DNA from: Alphaproteobacteria bacterium
GTDB lineage: Bacteria; Pseudomonadota; Alphaproteobacteria; UBA828
Length of the DNA: 64,000 nucleotides
Assembly (NCBI GenBank): GCA_965237415.1
Contig: CBDEFM010000002.1
Coordinates: 640,001 to 704,000, forward strand
Direction: 5' to 3'
Shown here: piece after piece, positions 1 through 8,930 of the stretch
How the letters are laid out: each line of letters begins with the position of its first letter
How positions within the stretch are numbered: position 1 is the stretch's first letter
Made by a program: the position numbers and the translations under genes
The notes under the pieces: generated by a model
The model's database searches: none
Seen by the model: only the letters and a program-made list of their open reading frames with translations
What the model was told of the DNA's origin: nothing

Positions 1-724
1 AGAACGCGATCGGCCCCCGCGCACGACGCCTGGCTCTGGCGCGGTCGCGGTCCACGGAGCAGACCTTGAGCGAGCAGAGCTCGATATCGGCGCGCGCCCG
101 GCCGGCCTTGCTGAGCCCCTTGTCGATGTTCGGGAGCACGATGTCGGTGAAGTAGCGCGGCGTGTTGAGGAGGTTCGCGAGCAGGCCGTCGGCGATCTCG
201 CCGCTCAGCTGCAGCATCGCCGGCTGCACGGCGGCGAGGTAGATCGGCGGGGGCGCGCAGGGCGGCGCGAGGACGCGGCGGTAGTCGCGGATCGTGATGA
301 TCTCGCCCTCGTACTCGACGGGCGACTCGGGGCTCGCGGTCCACATCAGGCGGATCGCCTCGACATACTCCCGCATGCGCCGCACCGGCCGGCGGTAAGG
401 GAGGCCGTGCCAGTTCTCGTTCCACGCCGGCGGCGCGGTGCCGAGGCCCAGCACGAATCGTCCGTCGGTGAGCTCCGCCATGGACATGGCGCTGATCTCT
501 GTGAGCGCCGGCGGCCGGGCGAAGATGGCGACACCGGTGCCGAGCCGGGCGCGCTTGCACACGGCCGCCATGCCGGCGAGCGGCACGAAGGCATCCCGGC
601 CGAGCTCCGTGGTCCAGAGGCTCTCCGCGCCCGCATCTTCGGCCTTGGCCGCGAAGTCGATGGTCTCTTGCAGCGTCAGGTTGTCGCCGCTGAAGAGAAC
701 GCCCCATTTCCACTTGCGGCTCAT
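1..724 (-). CDS. LLM-class (luciferase-like) flavin/F420-dependent oxidoreductase, 3' end truncated by window edge
   Basis: Manual translation from ATG at 724: MSRKWKWGVLFSGDNLTLQETIDFAAKAEDAGAESLWTTELGRDAFVPLAGMAA...RLGTGVA...DGRFVLGLG, typical LLM motifs; RBS GGAGGA upstream. Confidence 0.8.
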   Translation of the reverse strand, partial: MSRKWKWGVLFSGDNLTLQETIDFAAKAEDAGAESLWTTELGRDAFVPLAGMAAVCKRARLGTGVAIFARPPALTEISAMSMAELTDGRFVLGLGTAPPAWNENWHGLPYRRPVRRMREYVEAIRLMWTASPESPVEYEGEIITIRDYRRVLAPPCAPPPIYLAAVQPAMLQLSGEIADGLLANLLNTPRYFTDIVLPNIDKGLSKAGRARADIELCSLKVCSVDRDRARARRRARGPIAF

Positions 725-739
725 CGGCTATTCCTCCGG

Positions 740-2482
740 TCAGCGCAGCCGGGCGCGGAGCGCGGCGGTGGCGGCCTCGTCCACGGCACCGTCGGTGGCG
801 ATGACGACGCCATAGTCGCTGCACGCCCGCTCCGCCGAGAGATAGTCATCGGCGACATCGGCAGCGACGTCGTCCGTCGGCCGGGTGAGGGGATCGCCGA
901 AGCCGCCGCCGCCGCCGGTCACCACGGCGACGCGGTCGCCCTCCGCGAGCGCCTGGTAGGGGATGCGCGCCACCCGCTTGACGCTGCCGCCCGACTCGAT
1001 CCGCATGTAGTTGTTGGAGCCCTCGCCGCCGCCCTCCAGGCCCCAGGGGCGCTCGATGGAGCGGCCGATGCTGCAATAGGTGTGGGCGTCTGGGCCCGCG
1101 ATCTCGAATTCGCGGACCACGCCGAAGCCGCCCCGGTGGCGGCCCGCGCCGGCGCCGTCCTCCACATTGAGGGCGTAGCGGCGGATGGCGAGGGGGAACT
1201 TCGCCTCGAACAGCTCGACCGAGTAGTTGTAGGTGTCGCCGTCGGTGGTCGCGATGAGCGCGCTGGTGCCGTCGCATGATGCAGTGGCGCCCCAGCCGCC
1301 GATGGCGGGCTCGATATGGACGTAGACCTCGCCGCTCTCCGGATCGCGGCCATAGAAATAGGTGCCGGCGAGGCTCATATAGGAGCCCGCGCTGAAGCGC
1401 TCGGGCGCGACGTGGGCCAGGGCCTTCCAGGCGAGCTCGGAGGCGTGGGCAGAGCCCTCGTAGTACCAGCCGGTGGGGGCCGGCTTTTGGGCCGTGAACA
1501 CGGTGCCCGGCGGGCAGACCAGGCTAACCGGGCGGAACCAGCCTTCGTTCGACGGCGCCTGCGGGTCCACCAGAGATTTGAAGACGGTCTTGACTGCCGA
1601 ATCGAGGGCGCCGAAGGCGCAGTTGATCGGCCCCTTGACCATGGGGCTGGTGCCGGTGAAGTCGAAGGTGACCGTGTCGCCGCGGATGCGCACGACGACC
1701 GCGACGCGGAAGCGCTCTTCGGAGATGCCGTCGCCGTCGATCCAGTCCTCCGCCTCGTAGTCGCCGTCGGGAAGTGCTGCCACCGCGGCCCGGCTCAGGC
1801 GCTCGCTGGCCTCCAGGATGTGGCCGAAGGTGCCCTTCACCGAGGCTTCGCCGTAGCGGGCGATGATCTCGCGGAGCCGCGTCTCGGCGATGCGCACGGC
1901 CGCGAGGCCTGCGTTTAAGTCGCCGAGGGATTGCACAGGCAGGCGCACGTTCTCGCGGATCAGCGCGATCACGTCGTCGATGGTCTCGTCGTCCCGGCAG
2001 ACGCGGATGCCGGGGAAGCGCACGCCCTCCTGATAGATTTCGGTCGCGGTCGGCGAGATGCTGCCCGGCACCGCGCCGCCCACCTCGCTCCAATGCGCGA
2101 CCGAGATGGCGAAGGCGAAGAGGCTGCCCTCCACGAAAATTGGCTTGATGAGCGCGATGTCGCAGCTGTGGGTGCCGCCCTCGAAGGGATCGTTGGTCAT
2201 GAAGACGTCGCCCGGCCGCATGGTCTCGCCGTGCCGGCGCACGATGGAGCGCACCTGCGGTGCGAAGGTGCCGGTGAAGAGCGTAATGCCGTTGGTCTGC
2301 ACGATGAGCTCGCCGCCGGCATCGCAGAGGCCGCAGGCGAAGTCGAGGACCTCGTAGATCACGGGGCTCATCGAGGTCTTGGCGATGACGATCCCCATCT
2401 CGTCGGCAAGCGCCAAGAGCTTGCCGCGGATGATCTCGCGGGTGACGGGGTCGGCGCCGGTCTTTGTCTCGATAGCAGCCAT
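740..2482 (-). CDS. Hydantoinase B / oxoprolinase family protein
   Basis: DPVTREII...EMG...SMSPVIYE.LDF, NDPFEGGTH..D, HWSEVGG..PGS, GAGRHRGG.G, GGGGGFGDP motifs; start moved to MAAIETK with RBS AGGAGG. Confidence 0.9.
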   Translation of the reverse strand: MAAIETKTGADPVTREIIRGKLLALADEMGIVIAKTSMSPVIYEVLDFACGLCDAGGELIVQTNGITLFTGTFAPQVRSIVRRHGETMRPGDVFMTNDPFEGGTHSCDIALIKPIFVEGSLFAFAISVAHWSEVGGAVPGSISPTATEIYQEGVRFPGIRVCRDDETIDDVIALIRENVRLPVQSLGDLNAGLAAVRIAETRLREIIARYGEASVKGTFGHILEASERLSRAAVAALPDGDYEAEDWIDGDGISEERFRVAVVVRIRGDTVTFDFTGTSPMVKGPINCAFGALDSAVKTVFKSLVDPQAPSNEGWFRPVSLVCPPGTVFTAQKPAPTGWYYEGSAHASELAWKALAHVAPERFSAGSYMSLAGTYFYGRDPESGEVYVHIEPAIGGWGATASCDGTSALIATTDGDTYNYSVELFEAKFPLAIRRYALNVEDGAGAGRHRGGFGVVREFEIAGPDAHTYCSIGRSIERPWGLEGGGEGSNNYMRIESGGSVKRVARIPYQALAEGDRVAVVTGGGGGFGDPLTRPTDDVAADVADDYLSAERACSDYGVVIATDGAVDEAATAALRARLR

Positions 2483-2608
2483 TGAGCCTCCTGGCGCGCG
2501 ATTGTTCCCGAGGCTTCGGCGCTGCGCAAGCGGGCGGGTCCGTTCGCGCCACGCGTGAAGACCCCGCACCATGGTGCGGTTACCGGCCGCGTCGCCGCGG
2601 ACGATGAT

Positions 2609-2623
2609 GCTCCGTTTTCGTTC
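2609..2623 (+). promoter_or_regulatory. Possible alphaproteobacterial LexA (SOS) box, 1 mismatch
   Basis: GCTC-cgttttc-GTTC versus consensus GTTC-N7-GTTC, T-rich spacer, about 20 bp upstream of ATG 2643. Confidence 0.35.
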
Positions 2624-2642
2624 GAACGCGGAGGGAGCCGTC

Positions 2643-3497
2643 ATGGCGACGCAAAGACAGACCGAGGCCAACCGTCAGAATTGCCGCTTGAGCACAGGAC
2701 CGAGGACCGAAGCCGGCAAGGCCGCGTCATCGGCCAACGCGCTCAGCCACGGCCTTACAGCCGCCAGCACCGTGGTGCTGCCGGAGGAGGACGCCGACGC
2801 GTTCGAGCGGCTCAGGCAGGGCGTGATCGCCGACCTCGACCCGGCGGGCGTGCTGCAGGAGGCGCTGGCGCAGCGCGTCGCCGTGCTGCTTTGGCGCCTC
2901 GATCGCGCCGCCCGGCTCGAAGCCGAGCTCTTCGTCCACGGCCAGCTCGCCATGCTGCGCAGCAGGGCGGACCAGGCGTTGGATCCCGGCGCCCGCCTGC
3001 GCCGCCTCGCCGAGCTGCCGGGAGAATCGACGGAGGCACGGGAAAAGCTCAAGCAGTTCAGAGACCAAATCGACGTGGACATGTGTGCTCAGGCGCCCTT
3101 CGCCCAGATACTGGTAGAGCGGCCTGAGAGCGCGCGCACCTACGACCAGCTTGCGCGCCACGAGGCGACGCTGCAGCGGTCGCTGAACCGGACGCTCGAT
3201 GAGTTCCGCCGCCTGCGCGACGCGGCGGGCGCGGCACCCAAGTCGAACACGCCGGCGCCTCCCGAGCCCGACCCGGCTCCAGTCGCAACAGCCGATTCCG
3301 ACCCGGCGCCGTCCTGCGGCGCACGCCCGCCTGCAACTCAGGGCCCGCGCACGTCCGCCGCCGGGGCCCATGCCGGGGCCGGGCGCGACGGCGAAAAAGC
3401 GTTTTTGCAAAACGAAGCCAATTCCGAACAAACTTTTGAAGAGACGGACGATTCAGACGCCGGAACGGATCCGCCGGTGGCTCCGCCCGTCCCCTGA
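2643..3497 (+). CDS. Hypothetical protein of the 'ANRxN..STGPRT..GK..SS.NA..HGL' family
   Basis: N-terminus MATQRQTEANRQNCRLSTGPRTEAGKAASSANALSHGL, helical core, Pro/Ala-rich linker, C-terminal FLQNEAN motif; RBS GGAGGGAG. Confidence 0.75.
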   Translation: MATQRQTEANRQNCRLSTGPRTEAGKAASSANALSHGLTAASTVVLPEEDADAFERLRQGVIADLDPAGVLQEALAQRVAVLLWRLDRAARLEAELFVHGQLAMLRSRADQALDPGARLRRLAELPGESTEAREKLKQFRDQIDVDMCAQAPFAQILVERPESARTYDQLARHEATLQRSLNRTLDEFRRLRDAAGAAPKSNTPAPPEPDPAPVATADSDPAPSCGARPPATQGPRTSAAGAHAGAGRDGEKAFLQNEANSEQTFEETDDSDAGTDPPVAPPVP

Positions 3498-3606
3498 CGC
3501 GCCGTTCTCCGGCCCCGACCCTGCCGAGCGGCGCTTGCGGCGGGTCCTGCGGCGACATAGCTTCGGCGCGGCGGCATCGCAGCCGGCGGCATAAGGGGGG
3601 AAAGCG

Positions 3607-4761
3607 ATGGCCAAGATCGTCGAGGTTCGCGCGAGCGCTCATTCGTGTCCGTTCCAGACCAACCACGTGCGCTTGGGCCTCGGCACCAACACCAAGCGCG
3701 ATATCGTGCTTGTGCGGATCACGGACGAGAGCGGCGCGGTCGGCCTCGGCGAGGCGCATCACGGCCAGAACCCCACGGCGATGGCCACGGTCATCCAGGA
3801 CGGGCTCGGCTCGCTCATCATCGGCGCCGACCCGCTCGACAGCGAGGGCATCTGGCATCGGCTGGAGCGCCAGCAGATCGTCACCCACGGGCTGGGCGCG
3901 GGCAGCATCACGGCGCTCGCCGGCATCGACAACGCGCTCTGGGACCTCAAGGGCAAGCTGTTGGACCTGCCCATTTATCGGCTGCTGGGCGGGTCGAAGA
4001 AGCGCATCCGCGCCTATGCCGGCGGGTTAAGTCTAGGCTTCAAACCCCCGGAAGAGCTTGAGAAAGAAGTCGCTGACCTGGTCGCCGACGGCTACACGGC
4101 GATCAAGATGCGCGTCGGCGATCACCCGGCGCGGGACGCGATGCGCGTCGGCCACATCCGCAAGACCTTCGGCGACGATCTCGACATCGCGGTCGATGCC
4201 GCGACCCGCTACGACCTGCTCGATATCCCGGACGTGCTGCGCTACTGCGAGGATAACCGGGTGTACTGGCTGGAGGAGCCGTTCACGCCGGACAACATCC
4301 CGGCCTACGCCGAGCTTCGCACGCGCACCGCGATCCCCATCGCCGCCGGCGAGAACCACTATGCGAGGCCGGCTTTCCGCGCGCTCTTCGAGGCGCGGGC
4401 GATCTCCATCTGCCAGGCCGATTTCTGCAAGTCGGGCGGCCTCAGCGAGCTCAAGAAGATTTCGGACATGGCCGCCGCCTGGCACATCCCGATGGCGCCG
4501 CACACAAGTCACAGCATCCTGAGCGCCGCCGGCAACGCGCATCTTCTCTCGGCAATTCCGAACGGGCTCATCTACGAGGCCGATGTGGCCGCGGTGAACC
4601 CCTTCCGCACCGACCTCGCCAAGGGTTATACCGGGGTCGTGGACGGCCATATCGAGCCGCCCGACGGACCCGGCCTCGGGATCGAGATCGACGAGGCGGT
4701 GCTGGAGCGCTATCCGGCAATCCCGGGGCCTTGCTACATTCCAGGCTGGGCCGGGGGATAA
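3607..4761 (+). CDS. Mandelate racemase/muconate lactonizing enzyme family (enolase superfamily)
   Basis: AGIDNALWDLKGK, PIYRLLGG, AVDA, WLEEP, AAGEN motifs; KMR in place of KxK. Confidence 0.9.
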   Translation: MAKIVEVRASAHSCPFQTNHVRLGLGTNTKRDIVLVRITDESGAVGLGEAHHGQNPTAMATVIQDGLGSLIIGADPLDSEGIWHRLERQQIVTHGLGAGSITALAGIDNALWDLKGKLLDLPIYRLLGGSKKRIRAYAGGLSLGFKPPEELEKEVADLVADGYTAIKMRVGDHPARDAMRVGHIRKTFGDDLDIAVDAATRYDLLDIPDVLRYCEDNRVYWLEEPFTPDNIPAYAELRTRTAIPIAAGENHYARPAFRALFEARAISICQADFCKSGGLSELKKISDMAAAWHIPMAPHTSHSILSAAGNAHLLSAIPNGLIYEADVAAVNPFRTDLAKGYTGVVDGHIEPPDGPGLGIEIDEAVLERYPAIPGPCYIPGWAGG

Positions 4762-4793
4762 GAGAGGGTACGCCGACGCGAGGGGAGGGGGTT

Positions 4794-5663
4794 ATGACAC
4801 CAGAGATCACGCCGGCCGACGCCACCCTCGGCGCGGTAGTCGGCAACGTCCGGCTGAACGCGCTCGACGACGATGCCTTCGCGGCCATCGAGGCGGCGTG
4901 GCACGCCCACGCCGTCCTGATCTTCCCCGGCCAGCACCTCTCGGACGACGAGCAGGTCGCGTTCAGCCGCCGCTTCGGCCCGTTGGAGCGCAGCCTCACC
5001 AAGACCCACACCCAAGGCGACCCGGCGATCATCCACCTCTCCAACGTCAAGAAGGACGGCACGCTCTGGGGGACCGACAGCGATACGGGGAGGCTGCTCA
5101 AGGGCAACAACTACTGGCATACCGACAGCTCCTATAAGCGCATCCCCGCCAAGGCCTCGCTGCTGGCGGCCAAGATCGTGCCCAAGACCGGGGGCGAGAC
5201 CGTCTTCGCCGACATGCGGGCGGCCTACGACTCCCTCGAGCCCGCGATGCGGGACTGGCTCGCCGACAAGATTGCCGTGCACAGCTACGCGTACAGCCAG
5301 GGCAAGGTCGGCGGCAGGGGCGGCATCACCCAGGACGAGTGGGACGCGCTGCCGCCGGTGGAGCAGCCCGTGATCCGCACCCATCCGGCGACGGGACGCC
5401 GCAACCTCTATATCGGCCGCCATGCAAGCCACATCGTGGGCGAGGACACCGACGAGAGCCGCGGCCTGCTGGAGCGGCTCTGCGCCGAAGCCTGCCGGCC
5501 GCCCCGCATCTGCATCCACAAATGGCAAGCGGGCGATTTGGCGATCTGGGACAATCGCTGCGTCCTGCACCGCGGCCTGGGCCATCCCCCGGATCAGCCG
5601 CGCCGCATGGTTCGAACTACAGTGGCCGGCGACAGCGACGACGCCAACGAATGGGTCGACTGA
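4794..5663 (+). CDS. TauD/TfdA family Fe(II)/2-oxoglutarate dioxygenase
   Basis: WHTDSSY (HxD), GGETVFADM..AY, WDNRCVLHR. Confidence 0.9.
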   Translation: MTPEITPADATLGAVVGNVRLNALDDDAFAAIEAAWHAHAVLIFPGQHLSDDEQVAFSRRFGPLERSLTKTHTQGDPAIIHLSNVKKDGTLWGTDSDTGRLLKGNNYWHTDSSYKRIPAKASLLAAKIVPKTGGETVFADMRAAYDSLEPAMRDWLADKIAVHSYAYSQGKVGGRGGITQDEWDALPPVEQPVIRTHPATGRRNLYIGRHASHIVGEDTDESRGLLERLCAEACRPPRICIHKWQAGDLAIWDNRCVLHRGLGHPPDQPRRMVRTTVAGDSDDANEWVD

Positions 5664-5883
5664 GCCGTTGGGGCACGGGACGGCGACCGTTTGGCCAAGC
5701 TTGCTGTTTCATTGTTGAAAATCGTACGCCAGACGTTCGATAAGCAACAAAGCATCGCGCACAGCGAACTGACGGCCGCACGCTGCCAATTCGCCGTTAC
5801 CGAGGCGAGCGGTGGGGTGTGCTATCGTCCGGCACCGCCTGTATGGTGGCGCCGCGACGGCGGGACCGAGAAGGAGGATCGAG

Positions 5884-6279
5884 ATGGTGGAGTTGCCGGA
5901 TCTGGCCAGGAGGCTGCTCGACGGCAAGAACTTCGCGACAGTGGCCACCCTGATGGGCGACGGCCGGCCCCAGGCGTCGGTCGTCTGGATCCATACCGAT
6001 GGGCCGCATATCGTCTTCAACACGGCGGAAGGGCGGGTGAAGCCCCGCAACACGCGCCGCGACGCGCGGGTCGCGATCGCCGTGTTCGACCAGGAGAACC
6101 CCTATCAGCAGGCCATGATCCAGGGCCGCGTCGTCGCGATGGAGCATGAGGGCGCCGAGGAGCACATCGACGCGATGGCCAAGAAGTACATGGATCTCGA
6201 CAGCTATCCCTACCGCAAGGAGGGCGAGCAGCGCGTAATCGTCAAGATCGCGCCCGAAAAAGTCGCACTCATGGAATAG
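5884..6279 (+). CDS. PPOX-class (pyridoxamine 5'-phosphate oxidase-like) F420-dependent oxidoreductase
   Basis: FATVATLMGDGRPQASVVW...FNT..GR.K.RN..RD.RV, HIDAMAKKY...YP...RV; RBS AAGGAGG. Confidence 0.85.
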   Translation: MVELPDLARRLLDGKNFATVATLMGDGRPQASVVWIHTDGPHIVFNTAEGRVKPRNTRRDARVAIAVFDQENPYQQAMIQGRVVAMEHEGAEEHIDAMAKKYMDLDSYPYRKEGEQRVIVKIAPEKVALME

Positions 6280-6313
6280 ACGCCGGCAACGGCAGAACGA
6301 GGGACGGCGAGCA

Positions 6314-7060
6314 ATGAGGCTAGAGGGAAAACGGGTACTGATCACGGGCGGGCTAGGCGGCATCGGCAGCAAGGTCGCCGAGCGCTTCGCCGCGGAAGGC
6401 GCGCAACTGGTGCTGGCCGACGAGGCCTCAGGCGAGAGCCCGGTCGCGGATGCGCGGTGCTACAAGGCCGACCTCAGCCGCGTCTCGGAATGCCGGCGCC
6501 TCGCCGCCGAGGTCGAGGCCGATCTCGGCCCGATCGACCTCTTGGTCAACTGCGTCGGTGTCTTCGAGCAGATGCCCTTCGACGAGACCACCGAGGAGAA
6601 TTGGGACCGCAACGTCGACATCAACCTGAAGGGCGTGTTCTTCCTGATTCAGGCGGTGGCACCGCAGATGCGCAAGCGCGGCGGCGGGCGCGTGGTCAAC
6701 ATCACCTCGATCGCCGCCAGCCAGGGCTTCGCCTCCGCGCAGGCCTATTGCGCGTCGAAGGGGGGGCTCCTCAACCTCACACAGGCGTTGGCCATGGCGC
6801 TCGCGCCCGACGGCATCAACGTCAATTCGGTGGGACCCGGCTTCACCCGCACGCAGATGACCGAGCACCAGTGGACCAACGACGCCTTCAACGCCGGCCT
6901 CGCCCGCATGCTGGCCACCCGCAAGGGCTACATGGAGCCCGACAACATCGCTGCGGCCGTGCTCTTCCTCTGCTCCGACGATGCCGCCCATATCCACGGC
7001 ACCAATCTGCGCGTGGACGACGGCTGGCTCTCCGGCATCTCAGGCGCCGCGTTCTCCTGA
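6314..7060 (+). CDS. Short-chain dehydrogenase/reductase (SDR)
   Basis: TGGLGGIG, YCASK (YxxxK), VNSVGPG, VDDG. Confidence 0.9.
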   Translation: MRLEGKRVLITGGLGGIGSKVAERFAAEGAQLVLADEASGESPVADARCYKADLSRVSECRRLAAEVEADLGPIDLLVNCVGVFEQMPFDETTEENWDRNVDINLKGVFFLIQAVAPQMRKRGGGRVVNITSIAASQGFASAQAYCASKGGLLNLTQALAMALAPDGINVNSVGPGFTRTQMTEHQWTNDAFNAGLARMLATRKGYMEPDNIAAAVLFLCSDDAAHIHGTNLRVDDGWLSGISGAAFS

Positions 7061-7094
7061 AGCCGCAGGCGGCCGGGACGACGGGGACGGCGCG

Positions 7095-8126
7095 ATGAAG
7101 TTCGGTCTTCTCTTCGCACACCAAGTGCCGCCGGAGAGCGGCATCGCCAGCAGCGAGACCTATCGGGACATGCTGCGCTGCCTGCCGCGTGCCGAGGAGC
7201 TGGGCTATGTCTCCGCCTTCCAATGCTCCCACCATGTCCAGAAAGACGGCTTCTGCCCCAGCCCGCTGGTGGCGATGGCGGGGGCCGCGGCGGTCACCGA
7301 GCGGATGCAGATCGGCACGGCTGTCCTGCTGGTGCCGCTCTACGCGCCGCTCAAGCTCGCGGAAGACGTCGCGGTCATCGACAACCTTTCGGGCGGGCGC
7401 TTCGTCTTCGGTGTGGCGCCGGGCTACGTGTCGCAGGAATTCACTGCCCACGGTGTGCCGCGGGAGGAGCGCGTCGGGCGCTTCGAGGAGGCGCTCGACC
7501 TGATGATCCGCGCCTGGAGCGGGGAGCTGTTCTCCTTCGAGGGGCGCTATTACCAGGTGCCGGAGGGGCGGGTGACGCCGAAGCCGGTTCAAAGCCCCCA
7601 TCCGCCCATCTGGTACGGGGTTTCGGCTCCCGGCTCGCTGCGCCGGGCGGCGGCGCGCCGCTCTGTACAAATCATGTCGCCGCGTCACGGGCTCGCCGAG
7701 CTGGAGGCCCATTACGAACCTTACGAAGCGGCTGCCAAGGCTGCCGGCTGGGAGATTCCGGAACGGCCGATCATCCGCCAGGTGTTTGTCGCGCCGACGA
7801 TGGCAGAAGCGGAGGCGAAGGCTGCGCCGGCGGTGGATTACCTCTACCGCGAGCTCTACGGCGCCGCTTCTGCGGCGGGCGACCGGGTGCTCAAGCGGGA
7901 CGACGGGAGCGTGATCGAGGACCCCACCGAGGTCGCATTCACGACCTTCAAGGACCGTTACATCATCGGCGACCCGGAATTCGCGATACATCGCATCCGC
8001 GACTATCAGGCGGCAGTGAGCCCAAGCGAGATGATCTGCTGGATGCATATGCCCGGCGTTTCCGGCACCGACGCGCTGGCCTCGCTCGAACTGTTCGCCA
8101 GCGAGGTCATGCCCCAATTCCGATAG
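7095..8126 (+). CDS. LLM-class flavin-dependent oxidoreductase
   Basis: MKFGL...AEELGY...HH...PSP...IGTAVLLVPL..P..LAED..VIDNLSGGR; PKPVQ.PHPPIW. Confidence 0.9.
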   Translation: MKFGLLFAHQVPPESGIASSETYRDMLRCLPRAEELGYVSAFQCSHHVQKDGFCPSPLVAMAGAAAVTERMQIGTAVLLVPLYAPLKLAEDVAVIDNLSGGRFVFGVAPGYVSQEFTAHGVPREERVGRFEEALDLMIRAWSGELFSFEGRYYQVPEGRVTPKPVQSPHPPIWYGVSAPGSLRRAAARRSVQIMSPRHGLAELEAHYEPYEAAAKAAGWEIPERPIIRQVFVAPTMAEAEAKAAPAVDYLYRELYGAASAAGDRVLKRDDGSVIEDPTEVAFTTFKDRYIIGDPEFAIHRIRDYQAAVSPSEMICWMHMPGVSGTDALASLELFASEVMPQFR

Positions 8127-8160
8127 CGCCTCGTTTCCCGACCCACCAGGCACGGACGGA

Positions 8161-8181
8161 CAGTGTGGTCACACTGTGGTC
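8161..8181. promoter_or_regulatory. Putative toxin-antitoxin operator (inverted repeat plus direct repeat)
   Basis: CAGTGTG-GT-CACACTG perfect inverted repeat (8161-8176); TGTGGTC direct repeat at 8164 and 8175; about 65 bp upstream of the antitoxin. Confidence 0.55.
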
Positions 8182-8244
8182 TTGCGCGCGGGCACCCGGC
8201 GGCGTAGGGTCTGGCGATCACCCAGGCACTTGAAGGCTCCGGTC

Positions 8245-8520
8245 ATGGAATACGCCTTACGTGATGCGAAAGCTCACCTTTCCAAGCTCGTCAGGGACGC
8301 CCAAAATGGCGAGCGAGTCGTCATCACCAAGCACGGCGAGCCGGTCGTCGAGCTCGTACGCTGCTTCGAACGCGGTGGAATCGACTTCGACAAGCTGGAA
8401 GCGGACCGCCGGCGCCTTGGGATCGAGGACGCCTCCCCGGAAGAAGCCGAGGCGATGATCGCCGCCTTTCACGATCCGGCGCTGAGCCGTCGGGTGCTCG
8501 GCCTCGAAGGCGACGAATAG
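8245..8520 (+). CDS. Phd/YefM-family antitoxin
   Basis: MEYALRDAKAHLSKLVRDAQNGERVVITKHGEPVVELV is the classic Phd/YefM N-terminus. Confidence 0.88.
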   Translation: MEYALRDAKAHLSKLVRDAQNGERVVITKHGEPVVELVRCFERGGIDFDKLEADRRRLGIEDASPEEAEAMIAAFHDPALSRRVLGLEGDE

Positions 8521-8533
8521 TGGGCAAACTGCG

Positions 8534-8929
8534 GTGCGCATCCTTCTCGATACGTCCTACCTCTACAAACTCATGCGGGCACACGGCCGGATTTCGGAGT
8601 TGGAGCGTCGCTTCTTCGCCGGGTGGGAGGCACAGCTCTACGTGAGCGCCGTATCGATCTGGGAGATGCGGCTCAAGCATCGCGCTCTCTATCCGTCCGG
8701 CGAGCGCAAGAACCCGTACGATCCGAACGATGTGGTCGCCGCGCTCGAACGGCAGGGTGTGACGTTCCTGACGATGACCACGCGACACGCCGCGTGCGAA
8801 CTCGAGACGCCAATCGCTCACAAGGACCCGTTCGACGAGCTGCTTCTCGTACAAGCCCAGGAAGAGGGGCTCAGGCTCCTCACCGCCGATCGACGACTCA
8901 TCGGGCACCCCTTGGCCATCACGGCGTAA
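8534..8929 (+). CDS. PIN-domain VapC-type toxin
   Basis: RILLDT, SAVSIWE, HKDPFD.LL..QA..EG..LLT.D PIN motifs; follows the antitoxin. Confidence 0.88.
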   Translation: MRILLDTSYLYKLMRAHGRISELERRFFAGWEAQLYVSAVSIWEMRLKHRALYPSGERKNPYDPNDVVAALERQGVTFLTMTTRHAACELETPIAHKDPFDELLLVQAQEEGLRLLTADRRLIGHPLAITA

Positions 8930-8930
8930 C

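Noticed and set aside
5691-5705. TTGGCCAAGCTTGCT as a sigma54 promoter
   Set aside because: GG-to-GC spacing is 8 nt, not the required 10
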